From NCBI GenBank assembly GCA_963779615.1, contig CAVZZA010000001.1:416001-480000 (forward strand): a DNA stretch of 64,000 nt. Direction: 5' to 3'. Source of the DNA: an uncultured Nitrososphaeraceae archaeon. GTDB lineage: Archaea; Thermoproteota; Nitrososphaeria; Nitrososphaerales; Nitrososphaeraceae. Made by a program: the position numbers and the translations under genes. A model generated the notes under the pieces. That model was not told where the DNA came from and made no database searches. It saw nothing but the letters and a program-made list of their open reading frames with translations. Within the stretch, counting starts at the first letter, position 1. Each line of letters starts with the position of its first letter. Shown piece after piece: positions 1 through 10,892 of this stretch.

Positions 1-583
1 CACGTATAAAAATCCAGCATATTGTATTTATACAAAGTAGACATAGGCATCTTCTTTATGGTATGTTGTTTTGAAAATTCAAGACTCCAAAAATTGGATT
101 AAGGGGATACTCTGAAGTTTTTATTTTTATCCATTACTAAGAACAAACATAGCTTAATTCGTTACAGGCTGCATCTGATTTATCCATTTTAATAGGGCAA
201 TCATAATTACATAATTATATCAGTTTTTAATACTAGTAAAATGGACGGCAAGAGAACATTCAATCATTTTTTCTCTCTATTCCTACATACAGTAAAATTT
301 CAAAAAATAAAAATGAACGTTCCTAGTTTTAAATAAATCAATTTCTGTAATTTACTCTCTATCGCAAAATCGATATAAGAAAATTAATTCACTTATTTTC
401 ACACAAAGATCAATTTTTGCGCATTCAAAATCCTTTTTATAAAAATCAAGATAACATTGATTATGGATTATTATCAACATAAAATAAAAAAGAAACGAAT
501 CATTACGATGGTAACCATCGTAATTATCGTGTAGATGAAAGAGAATTTGGCAAGTCTAAATTGAAAGGTGTAGGGAAAAAATT

Positions 584-835
584 ATGAATATTGCCGTAAC
601 AGAACAACAAATCTTAATCGAGGCAAAGACAAGTGGCAGTTATGGGAAAAAGAGCATCTCTTACCATGTCATAGAGTCTCCTCACGGTCTGTGCCTAAAC
701 AAGACAGAAATAATATCAGCGCAGATACAAGCATGTGAAGGACTATTAAAATATGCAATGGATGAAACCGATTTGAGCGCCATTGAAAAGGAGATTTTGG
801 AGTTAAGATTCGCCCTAGACCTTATTAGTTTTTAA
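584..835 (+). CDS. hypothetical protein
   Basis: 83-aa ATG ORF with protein-like composition; no family recognised. Confidence 0.55.
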   Translation: MNIAVTEQQILIEAKTSGSYGKKSISYHVIESPHGLCLNKTEIISAQIQACEGLLKYAMDETDLSAIEKEILELRFALDLISF

Positions 836-1148
836 ATATGGATTTTGAAAATGGAACCAAAATTTAAGGATCTGAAAAATCATTGTTAACACAACAAATA
901 GCGTCCAACAAATATTAAATAATGATACTTTTGTTTGTAAAGCGTTACAAGTAAATTACATTTGATCACAATTTTAACAAGACCCAAGTCGAGTATTTAC
1001 CATTATAGAGTACAATAAAATATTCAGTTTTTGCAAACACTTTGTTAGGATAACTCTGCATACTCCATCATAATTAACCTCATTACCTGGAAAAATTGCA
1101 TACAATGTTACATTTTGTCATATTTAGTAATTTTTAATATATTTTTCA

Positions 1149-2639
1149 TTGAATAGAAGTAAAGTGGGATTTATTAATAAGATATTTAGAAAACGGAATG
1201 AAAATGACCTCTCAAAAGGGGTCAGAGGTAATGAATCGGAAGGATCATTGACAAAACAAAATGAGGCAACGTCCCCTATCGAGAAAACCCCTGCCACCAC
1301 TACTGCCGCCACCACCACCATAAATTGGTCATCCCTATATAAGAAGGAGGATTGGTGGGCTGTTTGGATTGGATTGACAATATTTGCTCTGTCCCTTCCC
1401 TCTTATTTTGGTGTATATCTTTTGGGATGGATTCCCGTAGCCAAACCTTGGGCAGACATCAATCATGCTCTTAGCACAAAAGTGTTTGATCCATGGGTTG
1501 GCCTATTGGCAAGTTTTGTCTTTCTTGCGCTCATAATGCTACCTGTAAATCGATTCAACGGAGTTAAATCTAAAGACTGGTTTAAGGGTTTTTTCGTAAT
1601 CTTCTTTTCGGCATGGATTATCTGGTTACTCTCCAACTATTCACCTATCGTAAAGGTTATCGGAAGTGCGGAGGTCGGATACGTAATAGCATTGCTAGCC
1701 GGAATTGTGATTACAAATTTGTTACGCATACCCTCATGGCTGAAGGATTCGGCAAGGGGGGAACTATTCATAAAGACCGCAATAGTAATTTTTGGGCGCC
1801 AAGATTTTACTTACGACTTTTGTAACCAGCGCCCCCACCATTTTAGCAGCAGCCTTTCTCTCCTTTCCAGTTGTATGGGTAGTTGCATTCCTCATTTCAA
1901 AAAAAATTGGCCTTGATAAGAACTTTTCAGCAACCCTCTCTTCAGGAGTAGGTATCTGTGGTGTTTCCGCATCAATAGCAACAGCTGCAGCTATTGAGGC
2001 CCCAGCAATTTATTCTACCGTTATTTCCTCCATTATTGTAATTTTCTCCGCAATAGAAATTATATTGATGCCTTTTATCGCAGCTGCTTTCTTCCCAACT
2101 AATTTTGATGCAGCAGGAGTTTGGATGGGACTGAGTGTGAAAACAGATGGAGCTGCATCAGCAAGTGCGTCTGTGGTTGATGGCCTCATTAAGGCAAATG
2201 GATCGGCATTAAATGCAGCGGTAATCACCAAAGTAATGATTGACATTTGGATTGGGGTGATATCATTTTTACTTGCAACTGTATGGACGTACAAAATTAG
2301 AAAGAAAACCAATACAAATACAAGCCCCAGGGTCCTTTGGTAAGATTTCCAAAGTTTGTGATCGGGTATATTGCCACTAGTGCTGTGCTATCGGCGATTG
2401 CACTCACACATGCTTCAGTTGCAGAGGGGGCAAAAGCAGTCGCACCAGTAATATCATTTGGAACAGAGCCGTTAAGGACTGCGTTTTTTACCTTTACGTT
2501 TTTTGCCATAGGACTTGGCACTCAATTCTCAAAATTCAAGGAGATCAATCTCAAAAAGCCAGTAATTGCATATGCGGTTTCCTTACTCATCGCCATAGTT
2601 TGGGGAGGGATAGTTTCATATCTACTATTTGTAAAATGA
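1149..2639 (+). CDS. YeiH/PSE-family (putative sulfate exporter) membrane transporter, split by two single-base frameshifts
   Basis: Three overlapping hydrophobic ORFs (1149-1916, 1792-2343, 2337-2639) join into one protein with EDWWAVW, GVGICGVSASIA and RFPKFVIGY motifs; indels at ~1789-1793 (T5) and ~2341. Confidence 0.8.
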
Positions 2640-3677
2640 TTTTCAAAATGTTGACAAGACACAGATAGTTGCCCTCTTTGATTACATCCTTTTTAGTCAA
2701 AAGTCAGGCAACTAAATTGGCTTGCATGAGTATTAGGACTCGATTGAATCCCTATGGACATTTATAACAAATTCTTTTTCAGATCCAAACCCAAAAACAA
2801 TATAAAAACTTTCATGGCAAATTTATCGAGAATGATATAACTTAACCCCTACTTAATACTTGATTTTATTACATCAGATCAATTTTTGATCTGAATGTGA
2901 ATATCGAAATATTAGTTCAAGGAGGCTCATGAATACCGATTTTTTTCGTACAATAAAATTAAAAATTTACTAATTACTGTTCCATTTTTTAGTACTTGTT
3001 TTTTTTTGTACCGCTTTTTTTTAATAGTAGTCCCACCATATTTTTTTGATATTTTTTTTATAGCACACACTTGGTTGTTTTTTAGGAATTCAAGTAACCC
3101 TTGGTTTTTTGTTTGTCTGTACTTTTGCACAGGTAACATAGTGTTTAATTTAAATAAAAAGGATTTTGAATGCGCAAAAATAATCACAATGGTGCAGAAT
3201 TAATATAGCATGCGAACCAAAAAAAACATACATCCTCTATACAGTAATAAAAATAAAGGGACTGAAACAATACCCAATGTTGTATGTTTTACTATTTTTT
3301 AAAATAGCATTATGGTGTTTTGCAATTTATTCTAGATCTGTTCCTTTAAGAAAATACCATTTCATTTTGATATTCAAGTAGTTTCAAATAAATACATACA
3401 AAATAATTTTGAATGGATTCAAGAAGCATTATTCAACAATTTTGGGTGCCTTCAATATGATAAACTAACTAATATTCGCAAGATACAATCAACAAATCTC
3501 CTTGTGGATAGCGCTCAATTATTCATTAATATACTTTTTGCTATATGTTCATATCACATATACATCTTGAAAATATTATACATATTCATGTAGATATATG
3601 CAAATTTCGCATATATTTTACATTTTTTTCATATTTTTTAGATAAATTTAAATAGCTTCCGGGGCACACTATACCAA

Positions 3678-4046
3678 ATGAACAATACAACTACTTCCAT
3701 GTTAAAAAACCAGCAGTACTCTGGCTGCATCGAGAGCTGCAACGAATGCATGATGGCCTGTGAGGCCTGCTGCACCGAATGCATGACCACGTCAAACACC
3801 CAGATGGCTGGGATGATGGGAAGGTGCATGATGATGTGCAGGGACTGCGCCGACATGTGCAGGATGGCATCCATGATGATGTGCAGGGGAAGCGAGTACG
3901 CAAAGCAGGTGTGCAACATGTGCGCCGACATGTGCGAGGCATGCGCAATGGAGTGCGAGAAGATGGGCGACAAGATGGAGGTGTGCAAGCAGTGCGCCGA
4001 CATGTGCAGGAAATGCGCACAGGAATGCAGAAGCATGATGAGGTAA
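3678..4046 (+). CDS. four-helix-bundle copper-binding/storage protein (DUF326, Csp3-like), Cys/Met-rich
   Basis: Repeated CxxxCxxCxxxC helices; 22 Cys and 24 Met in 122 aa; no signal peptide; TATA-like ATTTAAATA at ~3646 and T-rich terminator after the stop. Confidence 0.85.
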   Translation: MNNTTTSMLKNQQYSGCIESCNECMMACEACCTECMTTSNTQMAGMMGRCMMMCRDCADMCRMASMMMCRGSEYAKQVCNMCADMCEACAMECEKMGDKMEVCKQCADMCRKCAQECRSMMR

Positions 4047-4345
4047 CTTTTTATTTTTTTACTTTTTTCAATTACAGAAACTGGCACAGCATAGAGAACC
4101 AAATGTCTACACCCTTTTTGTTTTAAAAAATGCCGATAATTTTCCTGTTTGCCATTTGAATAGAGTTCCTTTAACTGTTCCTAAATAACCTGATTCTACA
4201 AACATGCAGAAATTGAGTGTTTTTGGAAAAATCGTCATATTATTTTATTGTCATTGACGGCTTTTAGAAATTGATATTTAAAACAAAATCACTACTAAAC
4301 AAAAATATATTTATAAAAGGATGATATATCCTGTAATAATTTTAT

Positions 4346-4570
4346 AGATGGCGTTTAACTACCATAATATGCATACATACATTGCATATACACGCCATCT
4401 CTTGTGCAAGCCAAGTCACATACCAAAACACACCTCATGCAAATCTGGACCATGTTTATACACCTCATTGCTATGGGTCTCAGTCAAACTCCACTACACC
4501 TACGGAGGTAAGTATCATGGATACAGGGACACTTACCAAAACTGAGGCCCATAGTTCTTACTTTTGCATA
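4346..4570. ncRNA. candidate structured RNA (hairpin plus three-way junction)
   Basis: AGATGGCGT/ACGCCATCT, CTATGGGTCTCAGT/ACTGAGGCCCATAG and GGTAAGT/ACTTACC stems; TTTATAAA box ~30 nt upstream; overlapping ORFs look spurious. Confidence 0.35.
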
Positions 4571-4951
4571 TTGCATAGAATTTGAATATTCAAATCCTGT
4601 TAAAATTTTTATGCTATTGTAAATACCTTTATGTAAATGCATCAACCACTAGTAACGTTTTTTTTAAATTGATTTAGAGAAATTTGCACTATGACATTGA
4701 CGCGATTATGTGGTTATTTACAACCTTTGATTATCATGTTTAAATTAAGTAATTTAATTAGTAACCCATAAAAATAGAGGGAACAACGATCAAATTAGGA
4801 GAAAAGGAAAATCTGTCTTTGCATCGTGTTTTCAGCAACAGTATAATAGTTATTTATTTTTTATTTTTGTAAGGCATGATATGACAGACCAATCGGACAC
4901 CAAAAAGAAATTTTGAGGCATTAGCGATTACTACTGCTTATATGGAGGGGG

Positions 4952-5236
4952 TTATGGGTTGGCACTGCCTTTGTATGTCGTGGATTGCGGGTCGGTCCTA
5001 CTACCATCATCATTTCCCTCATTTCTATCATAACATGATCCCTTATCGTTTAAATCGCAGTATACATTGCCACTACACCCATTTGCACCCGCTGAGCAAT
5101 CATATTCTGAACTGGAAATGTGCTGTATGTTTTTGTTAGCAAGTGCAGCAGCGCTTGATGGAACTGCAATTGTTACAACAGACAGTATTGCTAATGTCGC
5201 AATTATGACAATCATCACCAATAATTGTTGTATCAT
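4952..5236 (-). CDS. small secreted Cys-containing protein
   Basis: N-terminal hydrophobic signal peptide, four Cys, polar tail. Confidence 0.65.
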   Translation of the reverse strand: MIQQLLVMIVIIATLAILSVVTIAVPSSAAALANKNIQHISSSEYDCSAGANGCSGNVYCDLNDKGSCYDRNEGNDDGSRTDPQSTTYKGSANP

Positions 5237-6291
5237 ATAATATTAAAGGCAAACAAATATATAAACGAATCCTTCAAATGCCAAGGATTTACTTTATATT
5301 TATTACATTAAAAAAGTTATTTTATCATATAATTATAAATTACAACACATATTTAACAAATCTCATTAATGCTTTTAACCTAAAAAAGCATGATTTTTTA
5401 CACCTATACTCAGATTAACGTGACCTGTGAATTTCTTCGAGGATTCAGAAAAACCCCGCCAATAGTCGAATCCTTCTGAACAGACACAATCAGAAATCCA
5501 GTTAGAGATTTGTTTGCGAGCGTTCTATCAGGTTAACAGGATCCCTTGAGAAGAAATTTTAGAAAGACAGGCAAATAGTCAAAGTTCGACTAAAGAAGAA
5601 TATCGATTAACAACCACATTACAGAACATGTAATTCACACCATTATCAGAATGGCTAAAAAATGCAATTTTAACACGAGATTTGCGAATGCCGTCAGACC
5701 TTTTCATTTCTCCATTATTGATTTTGAAACTAATGAAAATACATGCATATACCAGTTTGAAAAAAATCCGAAGCAACAAAACATGGACCTCTGTTCCTTT
5801 TATTCCAGATTGCCAAAAGTTGCAAATCTTATAAAAAAGTCCTTTTGAATATTTAACATAATGATTTCACAATAAATGATTATGAAAAAATGGAGGAATT
5901 GCCAAAACCATCAATATTTCCATAATGACGGCATGAGAATAAAACATTTCTCTTGAAATGCTTTCATTATTTGATGTGGAAATAAGCCAAAAAAAATTAT
6001 ATCATCTCATCTTTAGTACAGTATTCTTCTCCCTACACTATAAATATTTGAATATTATTTAATTTGAACGGGTGAACCTACAAGTAGCTCTAAAGGGTTC
6101 AAGTCCCCCCCCTTCGTCAATAGTCTGCCAATTCATGTTAACGTTATAACTTGACAGGATCCATGTATGAAATGGCTGATTCGTTCCTACAGAGGTTCCC
6201 ATTTTTAAATGAAGCAATTAGTGGATTCTATTTATTAGTTCTACTTGTAAGAACAATTAATTTAAATAGTCTCATATGCTATTGGTGATGT

Positions 6292-7245
6292 ATGACAAAA
6301 ATTAGCATAGCTACATTCAATTGTGAAAATCTGTTCGCTCGGTTTAAATTTACAGCAGGCGTAAATCCAGAAGATGCCATAATTGATGGTTGGCTAGCAG
6401 ATAAAACTAAATTCACAATAAATGATGAAACATCTAAAAAACTTACTGCTTTAGCAATCAAAGAGGCTAAAGCCGATATAATAGCCTTACAAGAGGTTGA
6501 AAGTTTGTTGGCGCTACGTCGATTTAGAAACAACTATCTCAAGGGCAAGGGATATGATCATATCATAGTTTTAGATGGTAATGATCCTAGATTTATAGAT
6601 GTTGCAATCATGAGTAAATACCCTTTAGAGAACATTGATACTCATGTGGATGAGTGGAATAAGGAAATAAAATGGTATACGTTTTCCCGTGACTGTTTAG
6701 AATGCGACGTCATTCTACCGGAAAACAAAAGAATAAGACTATTCGTAAACCATTTCAAATCAATGTTTGAAAAAAATGATCCATGTAACGGGAGAAAGAA
6801 GTCCCACAGAAAAAGACAAATCCAAGCTGAACGAGTAAAGGATCTTGTTTTAGACGAATTTCCCAATGGAGAAGGTGAATACGTTATCCTTGGAGATCTT
6901 AATGATTATTTGGAAACTGATTCTCAAGGAGAAACAGCTATTGATGAAATAGCTAATTGGAACATGGTTGAAAACGTTGTAAAAAGACGACCATCAGAGG
7001 ACCAATGGACTCACTATTATGAAGGCAATTCTCAGTGCGGCTTTCCAAAAACATACAAACAACTAGATTATATACTGCTATCTAAAACATTAGCTGACGC
7101 AAATTTACCTTCAATTCCAAAGATTATTCGCAAGGGACTTCCCATAAACGCTGATAAGTACACTGGCCCCAGGTTCGAGGGAGTTGGAAATAAAAAACCA
7201 AAAGCATCCGATCATTGTCCTGTTGTTGTGGAAATCAACATATGA
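6292..7245 (+). CDS. endonuclease/exonuclease/phosphatase (EEP) family protein
   Basis: ATFNCENLF, DIIALQEV, GDLND, LDYIL and SDHCPV motifs. Confidence 0.92.
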   Translation: MTKISIATFNCENLFARFKFTAGVNPEDAIIDGWLADKTKFTINDETSKKLTALAIKEAKADIIALQEVESLLALRRFRNNYLKGKGYDHIIVLDGNDPRFIDVAIMSKYPLENIDTHVDEWNKEIKWYTFSRDCLECDVILPENKRIRLFVNHFKSMFEKNDPCNGRKKSHRKRQIQAERVKDLVLDEFPNGEGEYVILGDLNDYLETDSQGETAIDEIANWNMVENVVKRRPSEDQWTHYYEGNSQCGFPKTYKQLDYILLSKTLADANLPSIPKIIRKGLPINADKYTGPRFEGVGNKKPKASDHCPVVVEINI

Positions 7246-7726
7246 TCTTTTTAAGATATATTAATTTAAAAATCCAGCAACAGATTCTATGTCGTCATCA
7301 ATTGTTTTATTTTGTGTCTCCTAATGAACTTTTTATTGAAATAGGACAGTTAAACAAGTTTTCGCCTTTATGTTCCTGATCTATCTTGCAAATTCATCCA
7401 ATTCCTTAATGTAACTAAACAAACCACCCGTTTGAAAGACAAAGGTTCAAATTCAAACTTGGTATGATTTAATTTTTTAAAAATAACTTTGGGGCTTTGG
7501 CGACTACACACATTAACAATCAATCAATATGATTGATTACAACACGGATGTCAGCATGAGAATGGATAAAATGGGTTTTAATAATTGAAAAATCGCACTT
7601 AACAGTCTACTGGAATTTACATTTCCTTATATGGATGCCAACGATTTGTGTTTCTTATTTGTTTTATCAAATTTCAACAAGTGAAATCTTTAATATCTTT
7701 GGCTAATGTACATAGTAGCAGAGAAT

Positions 7727-8242
7727 ATGGAAGCTGTTGATTGCATTGCAACCAAGCTTGACATAAGAGAATACAGTAATGAGGATGTTCCGGCGAATAT
7801 AAGGTCAAGTATTCTTGAAGCAGCCAGGCTAACGGGCACAGGCCTTAATACTCAACACTGGAGATTTGTTTTGGTTAAGGATAAAGACAACCTCAAAAGG
7901 TTGGCGGAGGATAGCACAAGTGGAAAATGGGTTGCTGGTGCTAATTTTGCAATAATAGTATTAACAAATCCAAAATATGGTTTCCACATGATTGATGCGG
8001 GGAGAGTCTTGCAGAATATGCAGTTGGCAGCCTGGGATCAAGGAATAGGTTCTGGTTTATTCACGGGTGTAAAAGAAGAAAAACTTAGGAATGACTTTGC
8101 AATTCCGATGGATCTTAATCCCGCTGTTATAGTGGGTTTTGGATATCCTGTTAGGAAACTGACGGGTAAAAGAAAGAATCGCCTACCACGTGATGATCTA
8201 GTTTTCTATGAAAAATATGGTAGAACAAATGAACAAGTGTAA
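7727..8242 (+). CDS. nitroreductase family protein
   Basis: ILEAARL..G.NTQHWRF, QNMQLAAW..GIGS motifs; start moved to the second ATG (upstream ATG at 7706). Confidence 0.9.
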   Translation: MEAVDCIATKLDIREYSNEDVPANIRSSILEAARLTGTGLNTQHWRFVLVKDKDNLKRLAEDSTSGKWVAGANFAIIVLTNPKYGFHMIDAGRVLQNMQLAAWDQGIGSGLFTGVKEEKLRNDFAIPMDLNPAVIVGFGYPVRKLTGKRKNRLPRDDLVFYEKYGRTNEQV

Positions 8243-8444
8243 TTCTTTATAATCCAAAAGGATATTATACGAATCTAATAAAAAGTCCAATAATATTGTA
8301 TCATTCCACCTTAATTCCAGAGCTTCATATTGTTAATGAGTTTTTGCTGTTCTATTGAAGTAACATAAAAAAGGAATTATTCTGGCCATCAATTTTTGGG
8401 TACGGGAAATTAATAAAAAGGAGAATTTTTTTGACCTGGTATTA

Positions 8445-8806
8445 CTATCCTATAAAATCTTCGGATTCAAAGTCAACAAAGCCTATAAAGTCAACATCCT
8501 CGCATTTATTTTTCACTGCATCTAATACGTTTTGCAAATTGTCTCTTATGTCATCTTACTTCCTGCTATCTTACCTTCTTGAAGTTCGTCCTCTAGTGTG
8601 GCCTTCCCATCTGAATCAAGGTCTCCATAAGCCAAAGCTAGTGTTGCAAGAGCAATGCCAACATCGTTGCAGTCTACCTTCGCCTTGTCATTATTCTTAT
8701 GTTTGTCACCACCGGCATATACTGAACTACAAGAAACGCTACTAGCTGCAATCATCATTGCTATGAATAAGATTATAGTAAACAAATTGTGACTAATTTT
8801 AGTCAC
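8445..8806 (-). CDS. small secreted protein, probably frameshifted near 8556
   Basis: Signal peptide; ORF 8546-8806 continues in another frame as DDIRDNLQNVLDAVKNKCEDVDFIGFVDFESEDFIG* to 8445. Confidence 0.55.
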
Positions 8807-9321
8807 AAGTCTTCTTAAATCAAATCATATATAAGTTTTATTTGAATAAGGAGTTTGATTTCAATTATGGAAAATAAGGCATAATCAATTTCAAAACTTT
8901 CCAAATTCAAGGCTTAATTTAACCTGCAGATTGATAACCTGAATCTTGGCCAGGTTGATGACAATAACCTCTTTTTTTACGTAAAACATGATATCCCCAA
9001 TACAAATTCTTTATTTGCATAACCATGAATTTCGTTATTCCATGATTGAACTTTAATTAATTTAATAGACTATAGGCATAAAATCTAACAGTGATATATT
9101 GGTTCTGTTTTGCATACTTTATTTTTTAAATCGATATAGAATTGGAATCAACAATACTATCAGATTCCCTGTTTTAATAACAAAGGTTCAGGTCCCGCCT
9201 GCCCCTGGTTTGATTTTTTAAGAAGAAGTTGGACGTTTAGGGGCCTTATCAAATCAGAACCATTTTGCTGATCTGCTTTCATATAGCACACTTGCGCTAT
9301 TAGGATTTCCCCAAATTGCTT

Positions 9322-10362
9322 TCAAAATACTTTAGAGATTGTGCGGTTATCTGACTCATTTAGAATAACGCCTTTGCCATATAATGCATTCCTATTATTA
9401 GGATCTATTTTCAGGGCTTTGTCAAAATACTTTAGGGATTCAGAATGGTTGCCCGAAATATCCAGGGCAAAGCCTTTGATGACTAGCGCATTTATGTTGT
9501 TTGGATCTATTTTTAGGGCTTTGTCAGCATACACTATGGCTCCTGTATAGTTACCCAACTTGAACAGATAATCACCCTTACCATTCAATGCAAAAGTATT
9601 CATGGGGTTAACCGAAAGGGCTTTGTCAATGTACATCATGGCTCCAGTATTATTGCCCAGGTGATCCAGAGCCAAGCCCTTGCCATGTAGCGCATTTGCC
9701 ATATTAGAACTCAGTGAAAGGGCTTTGTCAAAATACTTTAGGGATTCAGAATGGTTGCCCGAAATATCCAGGGCAAAGCCTTGATTATTTAATAAAAGTG
9801 TGTTATTTGGATCCGTCTCCAGGGCTTTGTCAAAATACTTTACTGCTCCTGCGTAATCTTTCAGCCCATATAGAGACACACCTTTATCAAACAAAATATT
9901 TTTGCTTGTAGAATTTACTGTCAGGACTTTGTTAAAAAAACTTGTAGATCCTGTTTGATTGCCAAGATTATACAGTATTGCACCCATGCCTGTCAGTGCA
10001 TCCATATTATTGGGGTCCATTCTCAGGACTTTGTCATAGTATTTTATAGCTTCAGTGTGATTGCCTGAGGTATCTATGGATAAGCCTTTACCATGTAGCG
10101 CTTCCGTATTGTTGGGGTCCATTCTCAGGACTTTGTCATAGTATTTTATAGCTTCAGTGTAGTTTCCCAGATTGCCAAGTGATTGGGCTTTATCATTTAA
10201 AGCATAAATGTCGGCTAAGGATGTGTTTTGTGCTAATGCATTGGAAGGTAAAGGTAAACTGCTGCTAACGGTCATTACTGCCGGTATGAAAATACTCAAA
10301 ATCGACAGTCCTGTTACAAATATGCAAAATTTTAATAGATCAATTGCACTTATTTTCATCAA
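9322..10362 (-). CDS. exported/membrane-anchored TPR-repeat protein
   Basis: N-terminal hydrophobic helix followed by about eight 34-aa repeats (A...KG..L...GN..EA..Y.DKAL..DPNN). Confidence 0.92.
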   Translation of the reverse strand: MMKISAIDLLKFCIFVTGLSILSIFIPAVMTVSSSLPLPSNALAQNTSLADIYALNDKAQSLGNLGNYTEAIKYYDKVLRMDPNNTEALHGKGLSIDTSGNHTEAIKYYDKVLRMDPNNMDALTGMGAILYNLGNQTGSTSFFNKVLTVNSTSKNILFDKGVSLYGLKDYAGAVKYFDKALETDPNNTLLLNNQGFALDISGNHSESLKYFDKALSLSSNMANALHGKGLALDHLGNNTGAMMYIDKALSVNPMNTFALNGKGDYLFKLGNYTGAIVYADKALKIDPNNINALVIKGFALDISGNHSESLKYFDKALKIDPNNRNALYGKGVILNESDNRTISKVF

Positions 10363-10683
10363 ATAATTTTATTACCAAACCACGATATTTTAATTTGTGT
10401 CTTTAAAATTAGATTTCAATAACGAAATATTAAGAAACTATGCTTTTACTCCCTATCTATCCACTTTTACAATATGCAAAACTTGTGAGCAGGGCCAGAT
10501 TTAGCATAATGATTTTTTTTGGGTGAATCCGCGAGATGGGGTATAGGGTATATTAGAATCCCCACACTCCCTGCTCTTCAAATGGGGTTTTTCCCATATG
10601 GGCATCATCAAAAAGGCAAAAACAGCAACAGTTGATTCTAAATACTAATCATGATAGTAAGATAATTCAAGTATCAACTGAAA

Positions 10684-10815
10684 ATGATGACGAGGATTGA
10701 TAGAAAAACAGACTCGATTACAAAATCACTTCCAAGGCCTTATTTCACCAGGATTCCAAATGGGTTAGCAAAGGCCAATCCCAACAATGGTAAGGCGATT
10801 CATGATTATATTTTT
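10684..10815 (+). pseudogene. N-terminal remnant of a Nitrososphaeraceae-type tyrosine integrase
   Basis: RIDRKTDSITKSLPRPYF...ANPNNGKAIHDYIFA resembles, from recall, the N-terminus of thaumarchaeal integrases; truncated at a GC-rich hairpin. Confidence 0.5.
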
Positions 10816-10859
10816 GCCGGGCTGGCCGAACTTTTATTGCAAGTTCGGCCAGCCCGGCA
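10815..10859. repeat. perfect 19-bp GC-rich inverted repeat with 7-nt loop
   Basis: TGCCGGGCTGGCCGAACTT-ttattgc-AAGTTCGGCCAGCCCGGCA. Confidence 0.95.
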
Positions 10860-10892
10860 TATCAGCAATTGCCTCAGCGTTATCGGTAACGG

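Noticed and set aside
3638-4126. Several overlapping alternative ORFs around the Cys/Met gene
   Set aside because: Shadow ORFs caused by high GC and biased codons
9322-10362. Near-identical nucleotide repeats within the TPR gene suggesting a DGR template/variable pair
   Set aside because: In-frame TPR unit duplications, no adenine-specific variation, no reverse transcriptase in the window
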